DNA of 57,615 nt, filler included, from Diploschistes diacapsis (Eukaryota), in NCBI GenBank assembly GCA_023645945.1. It is 6 parts of 6 records of this genome, joined end to end, with 100 filler letters (N's around TTAATTAATTAA, not from the genome) between each part and the next. Parts side by side here need not be neighbours in the genome. Positions count along the whole stretch, not along the records: positions 1 to 9,531 come from JALAIB010001030.1; positions 9,632 to 19,160 come from JALAIB010001031.1; 4 more parts are not named here. The stretch is one strand, 5' to 3'. The position numbers and the translations under genes were made by a program. Within the stretch, counting starts at the first letter, position 1. Each line of letters begins with the position of its first letter. The notes beneath the pieces are model-generated. The model was not told the DNA's origin and made no database searches. It saw only the letters and a list, made by a program, of their open reading frames with translations. Below are positions 1 through 10,671 of this stretch, in pieces.

Positions 1-546
1 GACTTTGGTGGAAGGGGAGGGGAGGGGGGAGGGTTTCTTGTACTGCATTATTACTGTTCGTCTGTCTGGTAGCCGGAAGAAAGGAATAATAAGAAGGGAG
101 GAAATTGCTTGCATCTACATGGAACGGAGGGACAGATCTGGGTTCGGGCGTTTAGAGAGACCGATAGAGTTGTCTAGAAAGAGTTAGTGCGGGCTAGGAG
201 CACAGATGGGCCGAGGACGTTATGAGTGTAGGAAAGCAATATTATCCATCCACAATTGTGGGGTGGATACTGGACATTTCTGGCGTGGGCAAGTCCAGGC
301 AGTTATGAAAATGCCTCGAGATTTTGGTTTACGTATCTAAGCAATGCTTGTGTCTATGACTTGCAAGCGAGAGCCTATACACATGATACCGTCCGGCGCT
401 TTTGTCAGTGCATGCAAAGCTATTTTGCTATCATCTCGTTTCTCGCTTTCAGACGGCCAAACCCAGATGCAGGCATTCAGAACTCCACGCATTACCCTCA
501 GCACTCCGTAATGCGGACACTCCAAGTGCCGTCCCCACCTCCTCGC

Positions 547-3330
547 TCAGAAACGCAACTTCTCCTTCGCCGTCGACGCCGCTCCCAAATCCCCGATGCT
601 CACGCTCCCATTCAACAGCGCAATCGTGGCAATCACATCCCTCGGCTCAAGCAAATGCCAGCCAGCAAGCGTCTGCTTCGAGCTCGCGCCAACCGTGACC
701 GAGAAGACCTGATCTTTCGGCAGGTCCGTGCCCCTTAGCGCACGGAACATATCCTCGTCGGTGGAGTCGTCGCCAGTGCAGAAGACGAAGTCCGGCTGCT
801 CTTCCTTACCCGGCCCGTATTCGGCCACCAGGCGCTTGGCGATCTCCCCTTTATTCACGAAGCGCGGGCGGACCTCGAGGTTGGCCTTGCCGCGCATGAC
901 TTCTATGTCGTACTTCTTAACGACCGTGTTCTCGAGGTGTTTTCGGCACTCTTGAGCCTGGAAGGTGCCGTACTCTGGGTCCGAGCGGCGGTAGTGCCAT
1001 GTCAACGCTATGCGCTTGCGCTCGATGAATGAGCCTTGCGTGCGCTCTGTGTAATGCTGAAACACGTCCATGACTTCCTTCTGCCAGCTCATATCCAAGC
1101 TCTCCGTCAGGTTTTGCCAGTCGTCATGCTCGGGTTGGCGCACGAAGCTGCCGTGCTCCGCGGACAGTCCAAGCTCGGATATGTGGCCCATCCACTCGTC
1201 TAGAAAAGCCTGGTCGCGGCCGCTGATGATCCAGACGTTGTTGCGCTTGTCCTTGGTGAGACTTTTAATGGTGCGGATGATACGGTCCGAGGGGATGGCG
1301 GCTTGCGGGTCCTTGACGATAGGGGTGAGCGTACCGTCGTAGTCAAACATGAAGAGACGGCGTTTAGCGCGGCGGTAGCAAGCAAGGAGGCTGGCTTTGT
1401 CCAAGGCGGGTGTGGCGATGGATTGGTTAAAGAAGGCCAGGTTGACGAGCAGGCGGCCGAGATAGGTTTTGGTCCATTCGGTGATCGTATGGGTGGTGAC
1501 ATGCTTATACATCTTCTTGTGCTGAATTGCTCTCTCCCGAGGCGACATCGTCAAGGCTTTTTGGATGCTGTCGGCGACGCCGCCGTAATCCCAAGGGTTA
1601 ATATGAATGGCGTGATGGAGCATACCTGCAGTCCCTGAGAACTCGGAGAGGATGAGAGATCCATGGTTTTCCTTCTGACAAACGACGTATTCCAAGCTCG
1701 TAGTATTCATGCCGTCCCTTACACTTGTGATCAAGGCAACATCAGCCACACGTAGGAGCGCATAATACTCATCTCTGGATATGTATTGTGGGTAATGGTA
1801 GACAGGATTGTACTCAAGCCCGCCGTATGCCCCGTTGATTTTGGCAACTAGATCCTCAACCTTATTCGCGATTCTATTGCCCGCATCTTCCTTCTGTTCT
1901 TCGATACTTGTAGGGCTGGTAACCTGGATCAATACAATCTTGCCTTGCCATTCAGGATAGCGCTCAAGAAACTTGTCGTATGCCTCAAGCTTCTGTGCCA
2001 CACCTCTGACAGTGTCGAGTCGATCACGGCCAACGATGATCTTCTGTCCAGGGTACTGCAAGCGTATGCGTCTCACTAAACGATCGATCTCGTTGTCACC
2101 GTAGGCTGAACTTGCAATTGCTGCAGCATCGATTCCGATCGGGAACACATCCATAGCGATATGTGCGCCATAAGCATCGACTCCGGCAGGCACAGCCTCA
2201 AATCCCAGTATTCTGGAGCAACACGAAGCGAAATGACGAGAATAACTGTAAGCTTGAAAGCCAATCATGTTGGCACCCAACACGCCCTCGAGGATTTCCT
2301 TGCGCCTGCTCAGACACTTAACAAGTTCGCTTGTTGGGAAAGGCACATGGAGCATGAACCCGATGTAGACATTAGGAAGTCTCTGTCGTAGAAGGCTGGG
2401 AAGCAACATCAAGTGGTAGTCGTGTACCCAAACTATGTCACCTGGCTTATAGACCTCAACTATCTTGTCGGCGAATTTCTGATTCAAGCGGCAGTAATCC
2501 TTCCATCTCTTGCGGTCGGCCCGGATTTCAGCTGGCTCCGTCTGCTTGTAGTGGAACAGGGTATACAATTCATGCTCCGCATAGCGGCGCCAGCGAGCTT
2601 GATCAGTTAAGACTATCTTGTCCTCGCGCTCTTCACCTTCGTCGTAAAGCCATACCGGGACCATCTTGCCGGCCTCATCTTGATAAAGCTGCTTTTCCAA
2701 ACGACTTCTGTCACTAGCGCTGAGCTGGATGGCATCTGGAGGTAACGCTGGAGCTTTTCTCCGACTCGAGGTATCTAATGGAATCGGTGCTGAGGCTTTA
2801 TTGAGCGGAACAAAGGGCGAGTCACTACTTCCAGAACTGCTTTCCTGGTTTGGTCGACGGTTACGCAGTGACTTTATTTCCCCAGTCCATCCAATCAAGG
2901 TATGGTTCCACTCAGAACCTTCTTTAGAGAGGTGAGTGAATGCATCAAAAAGGGAAGATGTCCCTCGGCGCTGCTGTGTCTCCCATCCATCTTCCCCAAA
3001 ACTAAAGGCCTTTCGTACACAGATGGCTGCGCTCAGAATGTTTCCGGATAGCTGAAGGGTTGGGTAGGCTGCTCTAGGATCTAAACTCGGAGCAACCGGC
3101 CGCTCACTGTGTGTGAGACTCAAGCGCCTTAGCAGCTCTTCAGAAGTCCTGGATTCTGCAGCAAGATCCACTGGAGATTCGAGACTAGCACGGCCAGAAC
3201 GAGCGTTTGCAGAAGTCTCGCGTTCTAGGATATTCGCCGGGCTGATGGGGCCTGGGCTGCGCACTATGGAGGTATCGTCCAGTGTTGCGCTTCCCAAAGC
3301 TTTTGGACTGAGCCGCTCGGCCGGATCCAT
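547..3330 (-). CDS. TPS2: Trehalose-6-phosphate phosphatase (GT20-like N-terminal domain + HAD phosphatase), intronless
   Basis: GT20 motifs (VWVHDYHLMLLP, VGRDRLD, RDGMNTTSLEY, LSEFSG) followed by HAD motifs DYDGTL, ISGR and GDDSTDED. First ATG is at 3330; the ORF track starts at an upstream non-ATG codon. Confidence 0.93.
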   Translation of the reverse strand: MDPAERLSPKALGSATLDDTSIVRSPGPISPANILERETSANARSGRASLESPVDLAAESRTSEELLRRLSLTHSERPVAPSLDPRAAYPTLQLSGNILSAAICVRKAFSFGEDGWETQQRRGTSSLFDAFTHLSKEGSEWNHTLIGWTGEIKSLRNRRPNQESSSGSSDSPFVPLNKASAPIPLDTSSRRKAPALPPDAIQLSASDRSRLEKQLYQDEAGKMVPVWLYDEGEEREDKIVLTDQARWRRYAEHELYTLFHYKQTEPAEIRADRKRWKDYCRLNQKFADKIVEVYKPGDIVWVHDYHLMLLPSLLRQRLPNVYIGFMLHVPFPTSELVKCLSRRKEILEGVLGANMIGFQAYSYSRHFASCCSRILGFEAVPAGVDAYGAHIAMDVFPIGIDAAAIASSAYGDNEIDRLVRRIRLQYPGQKIIVGRDRLDTVRGVAQKLEAYDKFLERYPEWQGKIVLIQVTSPTSIEEQKEDAGNRIANKVEDLVAKINGAYGGLEYNPVYHYPQYISRDEYYALLRVADVALITSVRDGMNTTSLEYVVCQKENHGSLILSEFSGTAGMLHHAIHINPWDYGGVADSIQKALTMSPRERAIQHKKMYKHVTTHTITEWTKTYLGRLLVNLAFFNQSIATPALDKASLLACYRRAKRRLFMFDYDGTLTPIVKDPQAAIPSDRIIRTIKSLTKDKRNNVWIISGRDQAFLDEWMGHISELGLSAEHGSFVRQPEHDDWQNLTESLDMSWQKEVMDVFQHYTERTQGSFIERKRIALTWHYRRSDPEYGTFQAQECRKHLENTVVKKYDIEVMRGKANLEVRPRFVNKGEIAKRLVAEYGPGKEEQPDFVFCTGDDSTDEDMFRALRGTDLPKDQVFSVTVGASSKQTLAGWHLLEPRDVIATIALLNGSVSIGDLGAASTAKEKLRF

Positions 3331-4072
3331 ATTGACCACCAACGCTTAATATAAGTGTTATTGAGAAGGGAATGTAGATAGTGAGGAAGCAAGAGGCCAG
3401 TATGGCTTTGAGAATGACAAGAATAAAGATGTCAAAGTCTAGGGCGTTCAGGTTTTCATATAAGACGCAGCTAAATGAGGCAGCTTGCATTTTATCTTGA
3501 TTCCGGCTGCTCCTTCTTGTCTGCTGTCAGAGCAGGTTGCTTGGGCCTACCACCCTGCAAACAACTGCACAATGTCATAAATATGAGATCCTCCTAAAGA
3601 CTCGGAGCCCATCGTAGACCTTGCCGCAATCAATATTCAGATGATGTGTACATCCCGTAACAAGATTGTCCCCACGTACTAAAGTGTATAAATCACGAAC
3701 TTTCTGCTTCCGTCAGAGTGCAATCAAAGGCAGCTCAGAAACCATGACAAACCAAGACTGTGAATATTCAATCTATATATCTATCATAGCAAACATTTGC
3801 ACAGAATAGAGCGGACAGTCTTCCAATTCAACGGGCAGTCTGCAGTGGTAGTGTGTACAATGAGGTTGAAGCGAGGGTATCACGTAGGGCTGTAAGGTCT
3901 GACGGAGATATGATAATGTCACTCCGGAACCTTTGAAGCTTTTTGCAACCTCCCTTGTCTACAACTATATGGTCAAGAAATCCTTGTCCGTGGGGCATTC
4001 TTCGACCTCTTGAATTATGAGGCGAAGGCCCATATGCAACGCTACGTCCTAGAATATTGGTCCTGGTGCTGA

Positions 4073-5804
4073 ATGCCTAGGTTTGCTCATGCGTTTGCCT
4101 TCTCTACTTCCTATACAAAGTCTCTTTGGCGCAGGGCGAACCTTCACCACTCATTGATTGAGGATCTTGCCAGCTCCTGCTTCCGGAGTCTGCAAAATGA
4201 AGGCTTGCGCTACTCAAGCAAGGCTGTGGCCTCAAAGAACCATCAGCCAGCGGTATCCGGTCCTGATCCCTCGTCGACAAGTATAGTAGTGAATCTCCCT
4301 CGTTTACCAAGCCAGAGGAAGCCGAGAGACGACAACATAAAAGTTGAGAGTCTCGAAGATACCATCAGAGCACATCGTGATGCAAATTTTGCCAAAAAAG
4401 TCCGCAAATACACCATTCAAGAGCCCGAAGGAATCCCTCGAGGAGTTTTCTATTGGCGGCGTTTCAAAGACTTAGGAAGTAAAGAGCCATATACGGCGGC
4501 AACAGACGCTAAACAAGATGAATCTCAGAGAAAACTCTCGGCAAGCGCGCGAAAAAGGCGTATGCGCGGTCCTCTCAGCCATATTGCTCTCGAAGAACAG
4601 AAGTTACCAAAACAATACCTGAAGATGATTCAGCGGGACCATGGCTGCAGCAGCCAGGAGCGGTGAGCATCGAGCTATCATGGTCTTCTGCAATCTGTTC
4701 TAATCCGGTCTCAGGCTTAACAGTGAAATAAGAGCATTCGGGGACTATCTCAGGCCTACAAGAACTGAGGAAGCTGCAGTCACACATTGCATAGAAAGAT
4801 TCACGAGTGTTGCGTTACGGGCGATTCCACATGCTCATCTCATCTTGCATGGATCGCGTGTGACTGGTCTAGCCGGCCCACTTTCAGACGTTGATTTCAA
4901 TATCCAACTACCGGCTTCTAAAGGCACAGCGAAAGAAATATCAAGTTCTACACACCCCCATCACCTCAAATCCGGTCTTTCCATTCTACGTCGCTTCGAA
5001 CAGGCTCTTCGAGCAGATGCTTGTTATCGTGATGTCTTATTGATGAACGCGACGCGGTTACCAGTTCTAGAAGCTCTCGACCGGCGCACCGGTCTTATGA
5101 TCCAGTGCGTGTCTAGACCCTTGGGTCAAGGCGATGAGTATTGTAAATATTATATACAGGAATATCCACAGCTGCGCCCTTTACATGCCTTGTTATCGCA
5201 GTCTCTGCGGAATGCTGAGCTGTATTCTAGATCGCACGGTAACATCGGCTCTTACGCGCTGTTTGTTATGATTCTTACGGCTCTTACTCATGCTCGTGAG
5301 CATTTCCAGAACAAGGAACTGGGACCACAGTTATTCCATGTTCTGGGCTTTTGGGCCGACGCTGACCTGTTGAGCAATGGCTACGCAGCTGACCCGCCCC
5401 GTGTTTTCCCCAAATACTCGCGCTCCGTCACCAATCGTCCCGAAGAGGAGCCTTTGGCTAACGGCGAGTCTTCAATGGCAGGCATAAGGACTTTGGTCCT
5501 CAAAAATCTCCAGGAATATAAAGCAGTATCAAAACCGTTGTACAGACTATGCCTCCAAGACCCTGCGAACCACTTTAATGACCTAGGAAGGTCGGCTTAT
5601 CAAATTCGGAATCTACAGACCAACTTTCGAAAAGCATTAGACGACATCTACGCCCTTGCACAGGCATGGGACGGTAGATCGCTCAAAGAACGCTCGGAAT
5701 TCCCGTTCCAAATGTGTTTGCTACGCCCTCTGGTTGGCTCCAATTGGCAGCCGTTCGTCGTTGCTAGGGAACGGTTGCAAAGAGCATCTCCAAAGTGGAT
5801 GTAA
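4073..5804 (+). CDS. Non-canonical poly(A)/terminal nucleotidyltransferase-fold protein (Cid1/Trf4 family); exons 4073-4662 and 4715-5804
   Basis: Intron 4663-4714 (GTGAGC...TTCTAAT...TCAG) joins two ORFs in frame, giving ERLNSEIRAF. Pol-beta motif GSRVTGLAGPLSDVD, GNIGSYALFVM, and PAP-associated LCLQDPANHFNDLG. Confidence 0.82.
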
Positions 5805-6693
5805 CACCAATTTTGGTGGCAAGCCTCCTGACCGTCTGATCTTCACTCCTTGGACATGCCATAATTCAAATATAGACGATGGGATTTTATGTACTGTACG
5901 GTACTGGCTGCCTCTCATATCATTGGACAAACTGAATGGTGGAATTATCGGCACTAACATCCCAATCATCATATTCCTCCTGTTTTCACTACTGAAGACT
6001 TGTCATGGAGACCGCTAGCTTCGCAGAATGGATAGAGGATACTAGATACTTCTGGACAAGGACCCTATGCGACCAGAGCAATTTGGACCTCGGCGAAAAA
6101 TCCAGCCTTTTACCTTTGAGTTTCCCCCTCGTCCTGGAGATAGCCAGTGCGCGATCAGATTACGATATGACAGGAATTTCCGGTCTTCGTTATCAAGTAC
6201 ACCATGGAGTGCCAGATGGTATAATCTCAAACGACAGACTGGGCTGCACTACACGTTGCTTACGGTCTTCTGTTCATTGTGGATAAGTCCAGCTATAAGG
6301 TTCCTATGACGATGGTGGAGGAGCCAGAGTCAGCCTTGTAGAATATCTGAGTGTAGGCTGATACCAAATATATTTTATATTTATTAGGGATAATCTGTAA
6401 AAACATGGTCCATCTGTTTGTAGTAATTTGAATGATCTGGTGAGATGGACATAAGGATCTGATACTGGTGTTTATGACATGATATCAAGTGGAAATGGCT
6501 CACAGAAGGATATGTTTGCCAAGCACAATCGGATGTGATGAGGATTTTTTTTGTGCGCTCTTCAAATCACTATCTAGCATACTCCCCCGCGTAATCTCAG
6601 TCTTTGATCTTTGTCTTGGGCTTGCCACGGAGGTTTGTGTATTCAGCAGAATGATATGAACAATCCATCGGCAATTCGCCTTGACGTTCCATT

Positions 6694-8289
6694 ATGGCAG
6701 CTCCTGTGGCTTCGTTGCCGCCGCTTAAGCTAGCCGCAGGCCCTTCTCCCGTCACCCCAGAGGTCCGATACTGGAAATCATTCAGGTCTCCCAACATCGT
6801 TGCCTCACTTTCGAACAGTCCTATTACCTATATCTCTACTCCAGGACCTCCAGCGCGCGCCGATAGCGCACCGGGTGATTATTTCGCCGTAACCACCGGC
6901 ACTCGCGTCCAAATCTACTCTATCCGATCCAGGAAGCTCGTCAAGACGATTACACGGTTCAGTGATGTTGCCCATGGGGCAGAGATAAGGCCGGATGGCC
7001 AGGTACTTGTGGCAGGAGACGATACTGGAGCAATACAGGTCTTCAATACTGGTTCAAGGGCAATCCTCAAGACATGGAAAGAGCACAAGCAGCCGGTCTG
7101 GACAACCAAGTTCTCGCCCAAAGATCTCACCATGCTGATGAGCACGAGCGATGACTGTACTATGAGAACATGGGATCTCGTGAATCAAGACAGCACAGCT
7201 ACGTTTACGGGCCACACAGACTACGTCAGGTCAGGGGCTTTCATGCCAGGCAAGGCCGCTGACTTGCTGGTTTCAGGAAGCTACGACCAGACGGTCAAGC
7301 TGTGGGATCACCGTGCATCTAGTTCGGCTGTAATGTCATTCAAACATGCAGCGCCTGTTGAAGCCGTACTTCCAATGCCCTCCGGAACCACCATTCTGGC
7401 CGCAGCCGGCAATCGGATAACTGTGCTGGATATTGTAGGGGGAAAGCCAATCCACGTTATCCAGAACCATCAGAAGACGGTTACTTCGCTGTCTTTGGCT
7501 TCCCATGACTCCAGGGTGGTCAGCGGTGCTCTGGACGGGCACGTGAAGGTGTTTGAGACCACAGGCTGGAACAATGTCTATGGCGTCAAGTATCCTTCGC
7601 CCGTGCTTGCTGTAAGCATCATCACAGCGGGACTAGGAAGGGAAGACAGACACATCGCCGTCGGTTTACAGTCTGGGCTGTTATCAATCAAGACAAGACT
7701 CTCGGGCCAGCTAAAAATCAAGGAGAAGGAGAGACAGAAGGAGATGAATGCGCTGCTTGGGGGGAAACTCGACGAGTACGATAAGAAGAGGAAACGGCAG
7801 GTACCAAGCGGAATAAGACGGCGACTGCGAGGGATGGACTTTGGTGGCGAGGGTGCAGATGTGATCATCCAAGGTAACCCATCGGGCAAACGAAAGAATC
7901 TCAAGCAATGGGAACATGCCCTCAGGAATGCCAACTACACGCGAGCTCTGGATCTGGCACTCGCACTCAGAGACCCTGTCATAGCTGCAACAGCCTTGAC
8001 GGCGCTACGTCACCGCTCAGCCATGCGTGCTGCATTGTCAGGGAGGGACGAGGCCACGCTACAACCGGTGCTAGAATGGGTTCGCAAGCACATGATCGAC
8101 CCAAGATACGTGTCCCTCTGCGTTGAAGTCGGGACGCTGATCCTGGATATTTATTCGAGCGTCATAGGCCAATCAAAGGAGGTTGACAGGCTCATTGCCA
8201 GGCTCCACAAGCAGACTCGTAAAGAGGTCGAGGGAGCTCACCAAGCCTGGCAAACTGACGGAATGCTGAGTCTGCTCATGAAGACTTAA
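6694..8289 (+). CDS. UTP15: U3 snoRNP/SSU processome WD40 protein Utp15, intronless
   Basis: N-terminal RYWKSF, WD40 repeats (GHTDYVR, SGSYDQTVKLWD, NHQKTVTSL, GALDGHVKVF) and C-terminal LRHRSAMRAALSGRDE domain typical of Utp15. Confidence 0.9.
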   Translation: MAAPVASLPPLKLAAGPSPVTPEVRYWKSFRSPNIVASLSNSPITYISTPGPPARADSAPGDYFAVTTGTRVQIYSIRSRKLVKTITRFSDVAHGAEIRPDGQVLVAGDDTGAIQVFNTGSRAILKTWKEHKQPVWTTKFSPKDLTMLMSTSDDCTMRTWDLVNQDSTATFTGHTDYVRSGAFMPGKAADLLVSGSYDQTVKLWDHRASSSAVMSFKHAAPVEAVLPMPSGTTILAAAGNRITVLDIVGGKPIHVIQNHQKTVTSLSLASHDSRVVSGALDGHVKVFETTGWNNVYGVKYPSPVLAVSIITAGLGREDRHIAVGLQSGLLSIKTRLSGQLKIKEKERQKEMNALLGGKLDEYDKKRKRQVPSGIRRRLRGMDFGGEGADVIIQGNPSGKRKNLKQWEHALRNANYTRALDLALALRDPVIAATALTALRHRSAMRAALSGRDEATLQPVLEWVRKHMIDPRYVSLCVEVGTLILDIYSSVIGQSKEVDRLIARLHKQTRKEVEGAHQAWQTDGMLSLLMKT

Positions 8290-9531
8290 AACCCCCAGCC
8301 ACTATCGGTGTTCTACCAAGACTACCCGGACTTTCGTGCCAAGCAGATCGATCACACCGTTCCAGCTTTCGAGATGCAAGCATTTGGCTGGCTGCTGAAG
8401 GTCAAGCGGTACTCGTCTTGGAATGTCTCTTCGACGATGATGCGGCTTGGCTATAGTGAGCTTGCTAGTGCCAGCCACATGCTGGGATGACCATTTTCGG
8501 GAGCTATTTTACCATTCACTAAACCCAATGCTGTCGGCTAATCCAGCAATGTGTGACGAATATTCTCTTGGCCGAGCTTGGGCGATGCACTGCCTAGGGG
8601 CAGGTAGCTTTGCCCCTGCATCTGCCCTCCAACTCGGTTTGCCTTGTCCCATACTTACGAGCGCGACGCCTCCTTTGAGCCCATTACCGTGGCTCTACCG
8701 TGTCCCTTGAGTTCAAGCTTAGCTCGCACTAGGGAGAAGCACTAGGCGCATCTCGCTTGGGCTTCGCTATCGGCCCGCGTGGGAGCATGTCTCGAGATCG
8801 ATTGGGAGAAAGGGCGGACAGATTGAGGAATATGAGGGGCCGATCTGCTCTGGCCTTTGCACTGCCAAGGCATTCCGAATGTAATGCCCGCCGTTTTGTG
8901 GCCCTTCTCCTCAAGCAGATAAGCACTCGGTCTAGCGGACGTACAGGAGGATCTTGCAAAAGCTGAACGAGACAAAACATTTAATCTTCAGCCACGCATC
9001 TGCTACAAGGATCCTGACAGGTTCATGGGCCCTAGCAGCGGCAAGACAGGGAGCTATCGAAGGCTTGCAGATATCATTGCAGCTGTACTGGCAGTGGTTC
9101 GGGACTTTTTCAAATGCCGAGGATTCCATAACTGGAAACATCATGGGGCTAAAAGATTACATAGTTCAGTGCACTACTATCTTGTTCTGGACCCTGGCCG
9201 CAACAAGGAAAGAAATTCACCACCTAAAGTCCTGGCGCTTCGTAGAGAATCGGGCTGTGGTGAACAAGGCCTTGTGCATTTCTCCCCAAACCGTCACCCC
9301 GTTGTCGCCCTTGTTAGTTAGCATCCTTTTCGGCCCCCCTTGGCGGAAAACCTGCCCGACAAGTGAAAACTCAACAGCCCAACGATTACCACCCCCACCA
9401 AAAACAAAACCCCCATACCTCCTGCTGCACCTTGGCCAACCATTCAAAAAGGATCGACAGCATGGATTGCCATTGGGGGCAGAGCGAGCTTGAAGAAGTG
9501 GGCGCGCTAGGATTTTACCGATGCGCCAGGT

Positions 9532-9631
9532 NNNNNNNNNNNNNNNNNNNNNNNNNNNNNNNNNNNNNNNNNNNNTTAATTAATTAANNNNNNNNNNNNN
9601 NNNNNNNNNNNNNNNNNNNNNNNNNNNNNNN
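9532..9631. other. Artificial contig linker N44-TTAATTAATTAA-N44
   Basis: Exactly 100 nt; the 12-mer puts stops in all six frames. Confidence 0.98.
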
Positions 9632-10671
9632 AGATATTTATAAAACTTAAGAGATTGATTGCAAAAGTTTGTTAAAATACTTGATTATTATCTGTTAAAG
9701 GCTCGAGCATCCAAAACTTTCAATCATTATTAATGGTTTAACTAAATTTGATTCGTCCTTTGAGCGGTACTAGGTATAATACCTATAATCGTATTATTAA
9801 ATTGTATGTTCTGAACTTGCTAGTAGGTAGGTTACCAGGACTAAATGAATGCACGAGTCAGTAGGCTGTTTTCCGGCTGAAAACTGCCCGTGTGCAGTTT
9901 AGTTTCGTGCGATCGGCCTGACGCTCACACTTACCTCTGCGATCGGGGAATAGTTCCGGATTCGGGGACTAAGGTATGCATGCAACACTTGGTTCCAACT
10001 ACTGACTGCACCAATAGATCTACAGCTGTTATAAATGGGGGTGGCTTTTAAGATGATGCTATGATTGGATGAGGGTAACAATGATTCGACTATGTATCAT
10101 TTCGTTTTCGATGATCCCCTTTAAGGCACAGCAATGTTACATTCCCTGCTCTCCTACCTTGTGCAATGGCTGAAGGAACAAGAAATGATAATTCGGGGAA
10201 GCGAGCAAAAGCCCAGCATCGCAACCCACGATCCGCATCAGATGCTCTGCTATACATCAGATTTCTCACTATTAAAATGATTAACTAAGCTTGCATGCAT
10301 CGGGTATTTTTTCTTTTGTAGACGCCCCAGGGAGACATCGAGAAATTCCCGAGATGTGCGTTTTTGTGTTCAATGGACCGCTTACGGTCATCGCTGGAGA
10401 TAAGAGTGCGATGTACTTGCCTTGCATACTCCTCCATGTATCCGGCGAAACGGTGCGATGGCATGGATGCGTCGTCAAAACGGCAGCCTCGGTTCTGATA
10501 GGCCTTCGTCTGAACACGGGGCCGATGGAAGAACCATGAGTGTGGGTTGAGCGTGCACGGTTTGCTGAAGCACGACGTTGAGTATATTTCCTGGATTCCT
10601 CCTTTGATTGCCTTTGAAGCTTCGTTCCTTCCTTGTTCTCACAAATCTTTGCTCTCTTCACGCTTGCAGTG

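Noticed and set aside
4073..5804. Two separate genes or a frameshifted pseudogene
   Set aside because: A 52-nt GT-AG intron joins them in frame.
8308..9531. ORFs including 8954-9493 (179 aa) as genes or transposon remnants
   Set aside because: No recognisable motif, mostly non-ATG starts, and no terminal repeats found.
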